Assembly: GCA_035310125.1 (NCBI GenBank)
Contig: DATGEP010000303.1
Coordinates: 1,813-65,812 of the forward strand
Reading direction: 5' to 3'
Length of the DNA: 64,000 nucleotides
Source: Ktedonobacterales bacterium
GTDB taxonomy: Bacteria > Chloroflexota > Ktedonobacteria > Ktedonobacterales > JADMIN01
The first letter of the stretch is position 1. The number at the start of each line of letters is the position of its first letter. This document shows, one piece after another, positions 56,762 to 64,000 of this stretch. The translations under genes and the position numbers were made by a program. The notes beneath the pieces are model-generated. The model saw only the letters and a list, made by a program, of their open reading frames with translations, had not been told where the DNA came from and did no database searches.

Positions 56762-57691
56762 ATGCGCATTGAGGCAGGCGAAAAGGCGCCAGCGACCGCT
56801 CGCGTGGCCGGCAAGACGCGCGTCTTCCTCGAAGCCATTAAATTCGAGCATACCATCTTCGCGCTGCCATTCGCCTATTTGGGTATGGTGCTCGCCGCCC
56901 GCGAACACTACGGCTGGCCCGGCCTCGACAAGATCATCTGGATTACCCTGGCAATGGCCGGCGCTCGCACCGTCGCGATGGCGCTGAACCGCCTCGTGGA
57001 TGCCGGCTACGATGCGGTAAACCCGCGCACCGCTGGCCGCGCGCTGCCGAAGCGCCTGCTCAAGCCGGGCGAGATGCTCCTCTACACCATCGCCGCCGGC
57101 GCGCTGCTCGTCTTCTCAGCGGCGCAGCTCAACCCGCTCTGCCTGAAGCTGGTGCCACTCGCCGTCATCTTCCTTGCCGGCTACTCGTACACCAAACGCT
57201 TCACCTGGCTCTGCCATCTCGCCCTCGGCCTGACGGATGGCATCGCTCCGATTGGCGGCTGGCTCGCGGTCAATCCCACCATCAGTGTGTCGAACCTGGT
57301 GCCGCCGCTGCTCCTGGGCCTGGCGGTGGCGGCATGGGTTGGTGGCTTCGATCTCATCTATGCCTGCCAGGATATCGAATTCGACCGCGCCCACGGACTG
57401 CGCTCCATTCCCGCGCAATTCGGCCCGGCACGTGCGTTACAGGTATCGGAGATGATGCACGGCGCCTCGATTGGCCTGCTGGCTGCCGCCGGCGGCATCC
57501 TGGGGCTGGCGTGGCCGTTCTGGATCGGCGTTGCCGCCGCCGCGTGGCTGCTCATGTGGGAGCATCGCCTCGTTCACCCAGACGATTTCTCCAGACTCGA
57601 CCTGGCGTTCTTTAATATCAACGGCTACATCGCCGTCTCGGTGTTCGTCTGTTCGCTGGCTGCCGTCGTGCTGCCGGCGCTGGTGCGCTAA
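56762..57691 (+). CDS. UbiA-family aromatic prenyltransferase (4-hydroxybenzoate polyprenyltransferase/MqnP-like)
   Basis: NRLVDAGYDAVNPRTAGRALP (NxxxDxxxD) and a second Asp-rich motif YACQDIEFD, with 8-9 TM segments. Confidence 0.85.
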   Translation: MRIEAGEKAPATARVAGKTRVFLEAIKFEHTIFALPFAYLGMVLAAREHYGWPGLDKIIWITLAMAGARTVAMALNRLVDAGYDAVNPRTAGRALPKRLLKPGEMLLYTIAAGALLVFSAAQLNPLCLKLVPLAVIFLAGYSYTKRFTWLCHLALGLTDGIAPIGGWLAVNPTISVSNLVPPLLLGLAVAAWVGGFDLIYACQDIEFDRAHGLRSIPAQFGPARALQVSEMMHGASIGLLAAAGGILGLAWPFWIGVAAAAWLLMWEHRLVHPDDFSRLDLAFFNINGYIAVSVFVCSLAAVVLPALVR

Positions 57692-57840
57692 AACGGAGCG
57701 ATGCCTTCGTTCGTACACCAGATAAACGCGACCATTCATGAGGTCCGTCATGTGGCCTGTCATGAGGCTTGCGCCCATCTTTTCCGTGCGCTGGCATTTC
57801 TGGCCGCGATATTCATAATCTTCCTTTGTACCCATAAGAA

Positions 57841-59049
57841 ATGGAATCATGCATGGAACAACCTACGGACGTCCAATCGCTGGTGGAGCAGGGTGACGCG
57901 CTCCTGATGCGTGGTAACGCCGCCGAAGCTGCCTCCGAGTACACCCGCGCCGTCCAGGCTGACCCCAGCGCTGTCGCGGCGCACCTCGGTCTCGCCAAGG
58001 CATACTTCGCGCTCGGTTCCTTCGGCTACGTGTACCCGGCATGTCAGCAAGTGCAGCGCCTCGCTCCCGCTAGCGCGGATGCCGCTATCGCGCAAGCCAT
58101 TCTCCTTACTCTGGATCATCGCTACGACGCCGCCATCAGCGAACTGGATCGCGCCGAAAAACTCAGCCCCGGCCGGGCGTACGTGCATGCCTTGCGGGGC
58201 TACTGCTACCGCCGGCTGGGAAACAGCTTCGATGCCATGAGCGCCGAATCGAAGGCGGCGCGACTCTCAGGCGTGCGTGACTGGAAGCCCCTTTTCCCGC
58301 AGGAGCCAGTGCTGAAGCCGGTGCCCGAACCCGCCGAGGGGGTCGTCGCGTTCCCTTCCCAGGACCAAACCGCCGCGCAGACTGCGCCGCGCGGCTGGGA
58401 TCAACGCTCGCCCGCGCAGCGGCGCATGGTGCAAGCGCGCTTCGCCACGCGCGGCGTCCCTGTCGTCACCTACTCGCTCATCGCCATCAACATAGCCATC
58501 TTCGTGCTGGAGCTGGCGACCGGCGGCTCTTTCCTCGACACAACCGGAAGCTCGCTGGTCCAAATTGGCGCGCAGAAAGGCGCACTCGTCCTGAGCGATC
58601 CCATCCAGGCATATCGCATTTTCACGGCGATGTTTTTGCATGAAAGCATCGAGCATATCCTGTTCAATATGCTGTCCCTATACTTCATCGGCATCTGGGT
58701 GGAGCAGATCTTCGGCAAATGGCGCTACCTGCTGATCTACTTTCTGGGTGGTATCCTCGCCGGAATCACGCAGGCGCTCGTCACGCCCGATGTTGCGTCG
58801 CTTGGCGCATCAGGCGCCATCTTCGCCATCTTTGGCGCCTTCGGCGCATTCTTCCTGATTCGCCGCCGCGCGCTTGGGTCAGCCGGTAACGCCATCATCG
58901 GCCAGTGGATCTTCTGGCTGGCGTTCAACCTGTGGTTCTCGTTCAGCCAGCCCGGCATCGGCGTCTGGGATCACATCGGCGGTCTGCTCGCCGGCTTCGT
59001 GCTCGGTGTCATCTTCACTAACATGGCTGCTACCCAGCGCCGAAGCTGA
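57841..59049 (+). CDS. TPR-domain plus rhomboid-family intramembrane serine protease
   Basis: N-terminal TPRs followed by rhomboid motifs FLHESIEHILFNM, GASGAIFAIFG (GxSG) and WDHIGGLLAG. Confidence 0.85.
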   Translation: MESCMEQPTDVQSLVEQGDALLMRGNAAEAASEYTRAVQADPSAVAAHLGLAKAYFALGSFGYVYPACQQVQRLAPASADAAIAQAILLTLDHRYDAAISELDRAEKLSPGRAYVHALRGYCYRRLGNSFDAMSAESKAARLSGVRDWKPLFPQEPVLKPVPEPAEGVVAFPSQDQTAAQTAPRGWDQRSPAQRRMVQARFATRGVPVVTYSLIAINIAIFVLELATGGSFLDTTGSSLVQIGAQKGALVLSDPIQAYRIFTAMFLHESIEHILFNMLSLYFIGIWVEQIFGKWRYLLIYFLGGILAGITQALVTPDVASLGASGAIFAIFGAFGAFFLIRRRALGSAGNAIIGQWIFWLAFNLWFSFSQPGIGVWDHIGGLLAGFVLGVIFTNMAATQRRS

Positions 59050-59184
59050 CGAAATGAGCTGGCGCCACGCCGGAGATAACTCGATGCGGCAATTTCTGCC
59101 CACTCATCGTTGATGAGTGGGCAGGTCATTTTGGCACATTTTGGCACGTTTCTTGAGGCGACGGACACTCCCAGGAGGTGTGCA

Positions 59185-59583
59185 ATGACTCTCGAACAAA
59201 CAGCACACGAATTGGTGCGTCTCTCGCACGACTGGGCCACCGCCGAGCAGCACGGCGATATCACCTTCCTGAGCGGCGTATTGGCAGACGACTTTGTCGG
59301 CGTAGGACCGCGTGGATTCACACTCACCAAGCCAGAGTGGCTGGCCCGGCTTCAGTCCGGCGATTTGCGGTACACGTCTATTGAGTGGGACGACGTGCAG
59401 GCGCGTGTCTACGGCGATTCCGCGGTTCTGGTTGGCCGCCAAACGCAAAGTGGTGCGTACCAGCAACACGATATTCAGGGACAATTTCGCACGACGTTGG
59501 TCTTTGTCGAGCAACAGGGGAAATGGCGCCTGGCGAGTCTCCACCTGAGTCCCATCGCTGGTCCTCCCCCCGCAAGCACCTGA
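59185..59583 (+). CDS. DUF4440/SnoaL-like (NTF2 fold) protein
   Basis: GGAGGTG RBS. LADDFVGVGPRGFTLTKPEWLARL...RTTLVFVEQQGKWRLASLHLS. Confidence 0.75.
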   Translation: MTLEQTAHELVRLSHDWATAEQHGDITFLSGVLADDFVGVGPRGFTLTKPEWLARLQSGDLRYTSIEWDDVQARVYGDSAVLVGRQTQSGAYQQHDIQGQFRTTLVFVEQQGKWRLASLHLSPIAGPPPAST

Positions 59584-59602
59584 TGCCCTTCCGTAATTCT
59601 CG

Positions 59603-60925
59603 CTATCCCACGCTCCCCAAAAGTAGCGGCGGCTGTGCGGGCGCCTCCTCGCCCCAGGTGTACGCGCTGAGCAGCTCGGCGCGCACCGACGCCACCTGCG
59701 CCGCCTCACGCGCATGTACCTCCACCAGCGGCGCGCCCGCCTTCAGTCGCTCGCCCACCTTCGCCTGCAGCACCAGCCCCACCGCATGGTCAATCGCATC
59801 GCCTTTCTTCATGCGCCCCGCCCCCAGCCGCACCGCCGCCATACCGATGCGCTCCGCGTCCATGCGCGTGATATAACCGGAGCGCGGCGCCGCGATCATT
59901 TCGCGATAGGGCGCTTGTGGCAGCCGCGCCGGATCCTCGATCTGGCGCGCGTCACCGCCCTGCGCCGCGATCACCTCAGCCAGCTTCGCCAGTCCCGATC
60001 CATCCGCGACACTCCGCTCAGCGCGCGCGTGGCCGGCTTCCTCGTTCGGAACAAGCCCAGCCAGCACCAGCAACGTCGCCGTTTCATGCAAGCAGAGCGC
60101 CGTCACATCCGCCGGCCCCTCGCCGCGCAGGATCGCGAGCGCCTCGGCCAGCTCCAGCGCGTTACCCACTGTCCGCCCAAGCGGCTGGTCCATCGAAGTA
60201 AGCACCGCCAGCGTCCGCACGCCCGCATCCGTCCCAATGCGCACCATCGTCTGCGCCAGCCGCCGCGCCTCCGCCTCCGTCTTCATGAACGCACCGGACC
60301 CCACCTTGACATCCAGCACGAGATGCGACGGCCCCACCGCCAGCTTCTTACTCATGATGCTGGCCGCGATCAGGGGAATGCTATCAATCGTCGCCGTCAC
60401 GTCGCGAAGCGCGTACATCTTCCCGTCCGCCGGAGCCAGCTCGCTCGATTGCGCCGAAAGCGCCAGCCCATGCCGGCGCACCAGCCCCAGAAACTCATCG
60501 CGGCTCAGCGCCATCCGCAGCCCGGTGATAGATTCGAGCTTGTCCACCGTGCCGCCCGTGTGTCCAAGGCCTCGCCCGGTCATCTTCGCCATCGGCAGCC
60601 CGCATGCCGCCACCAGCGGCGCCACCGCCAGTGTCACCTTGTCGCCCACGCCTCCGGTGCTGTGCTTGTCGGCGACGGGATTGATGCTCTCGCGGGCGCG
60701 CAGCTCCACCCCGGAATGCAGCATCGCCAGCGTCAGCGCCACCGTCTCGGCGGCATCCATCCCGCGCCACACAATCGCCATGAGCAGCGCCGCCATTTGA
60801 TAGTCTGGCATGTCGCCGCGTGTGTACGCCTGCACGAGCCAATCTATCTCGGTGGGCCGCAGCCTTTTCCGGTCGCGCTTGCGCCGTATCAGGTCGAGCG
60901 CGTTCGGCGCGTTCTTGCCCCTCAT
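59603..60925 (-). CDS. deoA: Pyrimidine-nucleoside (thymidine) phosphorylase
   Basis: DKHSTGGVGDKVTL and MTGRGLGHTGGTVDKLESI. The ATG overlaps the upstream ORF stop (ATGA). Confidence 0.95.
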   Translation of the reverse strand: MRGKNAPNALDLIRRKRDRKRLRPTEIDWLVQAYTRGDMPDYQMAALLMAIVWRGMDAAETVALTLAMLHSGVELRARESINPVADKHSTGGVGDKVTLAVAPLVAACGLPMAKMTGRGLGHTGGTVDKLESITGLRMALSRDEFLGLVRRHGLALSAQSSELAPADGKMYALRDVTATIDSIPLIAASIMSKKLAVGPSHLVLDVKVGSGAFMKTEAEARRLAQTMVRIGTDAGVRTLAVLTSMDQPLGRTVGNALELAEALAILRGEGPADVTALCLHETATLLVLAGLVPNEEAGHARAERSVADGSGLAKLAEVIAAQGGDARQIEDPARLPQAPYREMIAAPRSGYITRMDAERIGMAAVRLGAGRMKKGDAIDHAVGLVLQAKVGERLKAGAPLVEVHAREAAQVASVRAELLSAYTWGEEAPAQPPLLLGSVG

Positions 60926-61290
60926 GCGGTGGGCGCCCTTCGCTCCTCGCCACAGCGCGCGCAGCGCTGTGCCGCCCCGCGCGGCAGCTCGTCCACACCG
61001 CCGTCCGCGCGCAGCACCAGCGCCTTCACATCATGCCATTTATGCCCCTTCTCCGCGCACTTCTTCGCGCCCCTCAAATTCAGGCTCGCGTCCGCGACCT
61101 CCGCCGCCATACGACCCCAGAAAGGCAGATCACGCAATCCCACGATGTATGCCTCCTCAACCCTAACCCGGCGCTCCGGCATTCGAAATACAGTGAGCGC
61201 GGCTGAAGCCGCCCTTCCAGCGTCCGCCACGCGACGAGACCGTAGTCCCTCGTCGCCTGCGCCGGCCATGAATGGCCGCGACTCCCTCAT
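60922..61290 (-). CDS. Hypothetical small Cys/His protein, translationally coupled at both ends; start uncertain
   Basis: ATGA overlaps occur at 61287-61290 and 60922-60925. The C-terminal half has high GC3 and reads KKCAEKGHKWHD...AAQRCARCGEE. Alternative starts are the GTG after GAGGAGG (73 aa) and the ATG of MAAEV (62 aa). Confidence 0.4.
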   Translation of the reverse strand: MRESRPFMAGAGDEGLRSRRVADAGRAASAALTVFRMPERRVRVEEAYIVGLRDLPFWGRMAAEVADASLNLRGAKKCAEKGHKWHDVKALVLRADGGVDELPRGAAQRCARCGEERRAPTA

Positions 61291-61796
61291 TCATGCACCC
61301 GCTCGCGGAACCACGGCGTATCCCGCGGCAGCCCCGCGTGGACCGCCGCGACAAACGCATCGAAGCGCGGAATATCGTCGCGGTACACCACCCACGCGCG
61401 ATGCAGCCCACGCTCGCCCACCCGCTTGTAGACGGTGATACTCACCGATGTACCCTTTTTGAAGTGCTCTTCCTTGATCTTGGCGACATTTCGCCAGGCA
61501 ATCGTCACCGGCTCGCTCCCACGCTCCGTCCGCGTGATGCCCGCGCCATCTAGCATAATCGTAAAAGGCGTCGGCGCCACGATCGTCAGATACCAGACGA
61601 AGCAACCGATGAACACCACGCCGATAATCGTCCCGACAAGGCCGGAGGCGCCCTCGTGAACGGCGATGAGAAAGAATACCACAGCGGCCAGCGTCACGCC
61701 CAATCCGGTGAGCCAGCGCTTGCGCATGCTCACGCCCGGTGAAATCCACTCGCCAGCGTCCGCCGTCTGGGCGTGCGTTATCTCGATACCATCCAT
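61287..61796 (-). CDS. Hypothetical membrane protein (2 TM segments plus a PH-like/bPH-type C-terminal domain)
   Basis: TM segments LGVTLAAVVFFLIAV and LVGTIIGVVFIGCFVWYLTIV, then ITRTERGSEPVTIAWRNVAKIKEE. I chose the ATG at 61796 because a TGCTACAAT box (61851-61859, minus strand) lies inside the longer track ORF. Confidence 0.45.
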   Translation of the reverse strand: MDGIEITHAQTADAGEWISPGVSMRKRWLTGLGVTLAAVVFFLIAVHEGASGLVGTIIGVVFIGCFVWYLTIVAPTPFTIMLDGAGITRTERGSEPVTIAWRNVAKIKEEHFKKGTSVSITVYKRVGERGLHRAWVVYRDDIPRFDAFVAAVHAGLPRDTPWFRERVHE

Positions 61797-61850
61797 TATG
61801 TTTCTCGCCCGGATTATGTCGTCATACTGTCGCGATGTCTTGCGCCCCTT

Positions 61851-61859
61851 ATTGTAGCA
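61851..61859 (-). promoter_or_regulatory. Extended -10 promoter box TGCTACAAT (minus strand)
   Basis: The plus strand reads ATTGTAGCA. It lies 55 nt upstream of the ATG at 61796. Confidence 0.35.
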
Positions 61860-62293
61860 CGGCGCATGCTCCCACCCCTGGAAGTACCTGTATGCTTTCC
61901 GGCGCACTCCGGCGCACCCTTCGGCACGGCACTTGCGTAATCGGCTCATTGGCACGGCATGCTCACCGTGCTCAGACGTGCGTGAGCAGGTTTCCTATTG
62001 CACCCTGCCATAACCTTTACGGCGGTGGTATAATGTGGCGAGGAGCAGTATAGTGCTCCGAGACGCGGTTTTTCCGCGTTCTATCTAACACATGAGTCAA
62101 ACATCGCTGGCGCTCCGCGAACGTGAGAGGAGCCGGCGCGAGGGTGCCGGGATTGCGAAGGCGTGCGACGCACGCCGCGAACGCCGGCTCGTCCTCTTCG
62201 AGGGTGAGCTGACTGACGCATCCCTGGCGCCCTTTGTCACGTATGAGCCTCCGTCGCGCTGCTTGCGCGGGGCTTCTATAGGAGGATTAGACA

Positions 62294-62938
62294 GTGGGGC
62301 TTTTTGAGCGGCTGGGCTTCCCTGCCGGTCATGCCACTAAAATCATTGATGGCCAGCATCCGATTGCGTCGCACGCTGGAGGCGGCGCCGCGCCGAAACC
62401 CGACATGCTCCCGCTCCCCGAAGGAGACGGTGGCAAACAGGCGCACTGCAATCGGAACATTCTCGTAGCCGTCAGCGGCAAGGAACTGGATACCGAGCTG
62501 GTAACCCTGGCCTGTAATCTGTCCAAGGCGAAGAAAGGGTCTGTCTTCGTCGTTTTCGGCATCGAGGTGCCACGAAAACTGCCAATTGACGCCGAATTGC
62601 CTGAGGAAACGGCAACGGCGAGTGAGGCGCTTGAGTCCGCCGCCAGTGTCGCCCAGCAGGTGCAGGTCCACGTTGATCCTGAAATCATCCAATCGCGCCA
62701 CTTCGGGCAGAGCCTCGTGGAAGAGGCCATCGCTCACGAGTGCGCCTTGCTTATCGTCGGCCTACCCTATCGGATTGGCCTCGGCGGGAACTTCGATCTC
62801 GGCGAGACAGCGGATTATGTGCTGAAGAACGCGCCCTGTAAAGTGTGGTTGGTGCGCGGCCAGCGCGCCGAGCTTGGCGAACAGCGCGAGAAGAGCGAGC
62901 GCTCCGAGCGCCCACAGAGCATCGGCGCCGCCCGCTAG
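62294..62938 (+). CDS. Universal stress protein (UspA family) with a ~50-aa N-terminal extension
   Basis: NILVAVSGKELD...LLIVGLPYR...GETADYVLKNAPCKVWLVR. GTG start 7 nt after GGAGGA. Confidence 0.8.
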   Translation: MGLFERLGFPAGHATKIIDGQHPIASHAGGGAAPKPDMLPLPEGDGGKQAHCNRNILVAVSGKELDTELVTLACNLSKAKKGSVFVVFGIEVPRKLPIDAELPEETATASEALESAASVAQQVQVHVDPEIIQSRHFGQSLVEEAIAHECALLIVGLPYRIGLGGNFDLGETADYVLKNAPCKVWLVRGQRAELGEQREKSERSERPQSIGAAR

Positions 62939-62961
62939 CTCTCACGTTTTCCTATTGTGTA

Positions 62962-62998
62962 GGGGCGTCCATCCAGATGGACGCCCCGTTCATTTTCG
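62962..62998. terminator. Hairpin terminator between the convergent usp and gpsA genes
   Basis: 11-bp perfect stem GGGGCGTCCAT / ATGGACGCCCC with a 4-nt loop, followed by GTTCATTTTC. Confidence 0.75.
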
Positions 62999-63044
62999 GT
63001 GCATCCTGCCGCATCAGGACGTTTGCGGGCGTACCGTCATACCG

Positions 63045-64000
63045 TCACATCCCCTCCAGCTCACGCTTCGGCTCGCGTCCCAGCAACGAACTGACAACTT
63101 CTCGGATCGGCGCTCCCTCAAAGAGCACCTGCCCGATCGCCGCCGTGATGGGCATCTCCACACCAAGCGCCTCCGCCATCTCCAGCGCCGCGCGTGTCGT
63201 CGTAATACCCTCTACGACACTCTTGCGCTCAGTCAACACCTCCTCCAGCGGGCGCCCTTTCGCCACCTCTTCCCCCAGCGTCCGGTTCCGGCTCAGCGGA
63301 CTACTGCACGTGGCAATAAGGTCGCCCAGACCCGCCAGACCCGCCAGCGTCAGTGGATTCGCCCCCGCCGCGATGGAGAGCCGCGCAATCTCAGCCAGCG
63401 CCCGCGTCATGAACGACGCCTTCGCATTGTCGCCGTAGTGCAACCCGTCGCTGGCTCCGACACCCATCGCGATGATATTTTTCAGCGCGCCGCCCAGCTC
63501 CACGCCCACCACGTCATCGCTGGTATACAGCCGGAATCGTGGCGTATTCAGCGCCGCTCGCACCTTCTCCGCCGCTGCCTCGTCCGTAGACGCCACCACC
63601 GCCGCCGCTGGCAGCCCGCGCGCGATCTCCACCGCCAGATTTGGCCCGCTCAGTGCGGCGATTGGCGTCCCCATCGGTAGCTCCTGTGCCATCACCTGTG
63701 TCAGTCGCAGGTGTGTGCCGATTTCCAATCCTTTGCTGCCCGACACGACAATCGTCCCCGGTTCCACAAGCGGCGCCAGCAGTCGCGTGTTCTCGCGCAC
63801 TTGTTGCGATGGCGTCACCAGCAGGACGATTTCGTGCCCGCGCACGGCATCTGCCAGATCGCTGGTGACACGGAGGTTCGCCGGTAGCGGAAAACCGGGC
63901 AGATACGCGCGATTGACGCGCTCCCACTGCATCTCCACCGCGCGCTCTGAGTGGTGCTCCCAGAGCGTGACGCCGCTCACATCATCCAGGCCACCGGCAC
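63045..64000 (-). CDS. gpsA: NAD(P)H-dependent glycerol-3-phosphate dehydrogenase; 5' end beyond the window
   Basis: NRAYLPGFPLP, GPNLAVEIA, GGALKNIIAMGVG and GDLIATC. The frame stays open to position 64000 (..AGGLDDVSGVTLW), and the N-terminal GxGxxG region is missing. Confidence 0.95.
   Translation of the reverse strand, partial: AGGLDDVSGVTLWEHHSERAVEMQWERVNRAYLPGFPLPANLRVTSDLADAVRGHEIVLLVTPSQQVRENTRLLAPLVEPGTIVVSGSKGLEIGTHLRLTQVMAQELPMGTPIAALSGPNLAVEIARGLPAAAVVASTDEAAAEKVRAALNTPRFRLYTSDDVVGVELGGALKNIIAMGVGASDGLHYGDNAKASFMTRALAEIARLSIAAGANPLTLAGLAGLGDLIATCSSPLSRNRTLGEEVAKGRPLEEVLTERKSVVEGITTTRAALEMAEALGVEMPITAAIGQVLFEGAPIREVVSSLLGREPKRELEGM

Noticed and set aside
62092-62307. 71-codon ORF upstream of the usp gene.
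   Set aside because: It has an Arg/Glu-rich composition and no RBS, and it overlaps the usp RBS and start. The region is more simply a structured 5' UTR (imperfect inverted repeat GAGGAGCCGGCG / CGCCGGCTCGTCCTC).

Overview
This is a high-GC bacterial chromosomal segment. Gene content, repeat style and recurring TGnTAYAAT promoter-like boxes suggest a Chloroflexota-like organism, but that is inference only. I support about 48 protein-coding genes on both strands, most of them housekeeping or envelope functions.

**Core genes:** an Asp23 fragment followed by nusB and acpP, ispH, leuS, deoA and gpsA (5' end cut by the window edge).

**Envelope and secreted proteins:** S9, S51, CPBP, rhomboid and CHAP peptidases, an acyltransferase-3 protein, and three TPR proteins, one of them 1311 aa.

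**Regulation and transport:** two ECF-like sigma modules and a heterodimeric ABC exporter.

I found no rRNA, tRNA, CRISPR array, transposase, integrase or phage genes. Many long ORFs in the supplied track are antisense shadow ORFs of this high-GC DNA and were not called.

**Most interesting observations:**
- A cysteinyl-tRNA synthetase is fused in one frame to a GT2 glycosyltransferase domain and a His-rich tail, and is tightly followed by an S51 peptidase.
- A nuoA-C-D-H mini-operon lacks nuoB and ends at a strong terminator.
- An MglA-type GTPase has no adjacent mglB.
- An ECF-like sigma factor has a ~100-aa inter-domain linker and a ~290-aa repeat-bearing C-terminal extension, and is paired with a beta-propeller anti-sigma factor.
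- A GT2 / UPF0104 / DUF2079 gene trio looks like a lipid-linked glycosylation module.
- A hairpin plus GGCCGGGGGTGAGG element occurs three times, always sense-oriented in the 5' region of the next gene.
- A strongly signalled 55-codon Cys-containing ORF sits between a CPBP protease gene and the ABC exporter pair.
- Two apparent pseudo-enzymes are present: a class-A beta-lactamase fold without SxxK, and a GGDEF-like domain without GGDEF fused to a GspE_N-type domain.

All domain calls come from motif recognition by eye. No HMM or database search was run.
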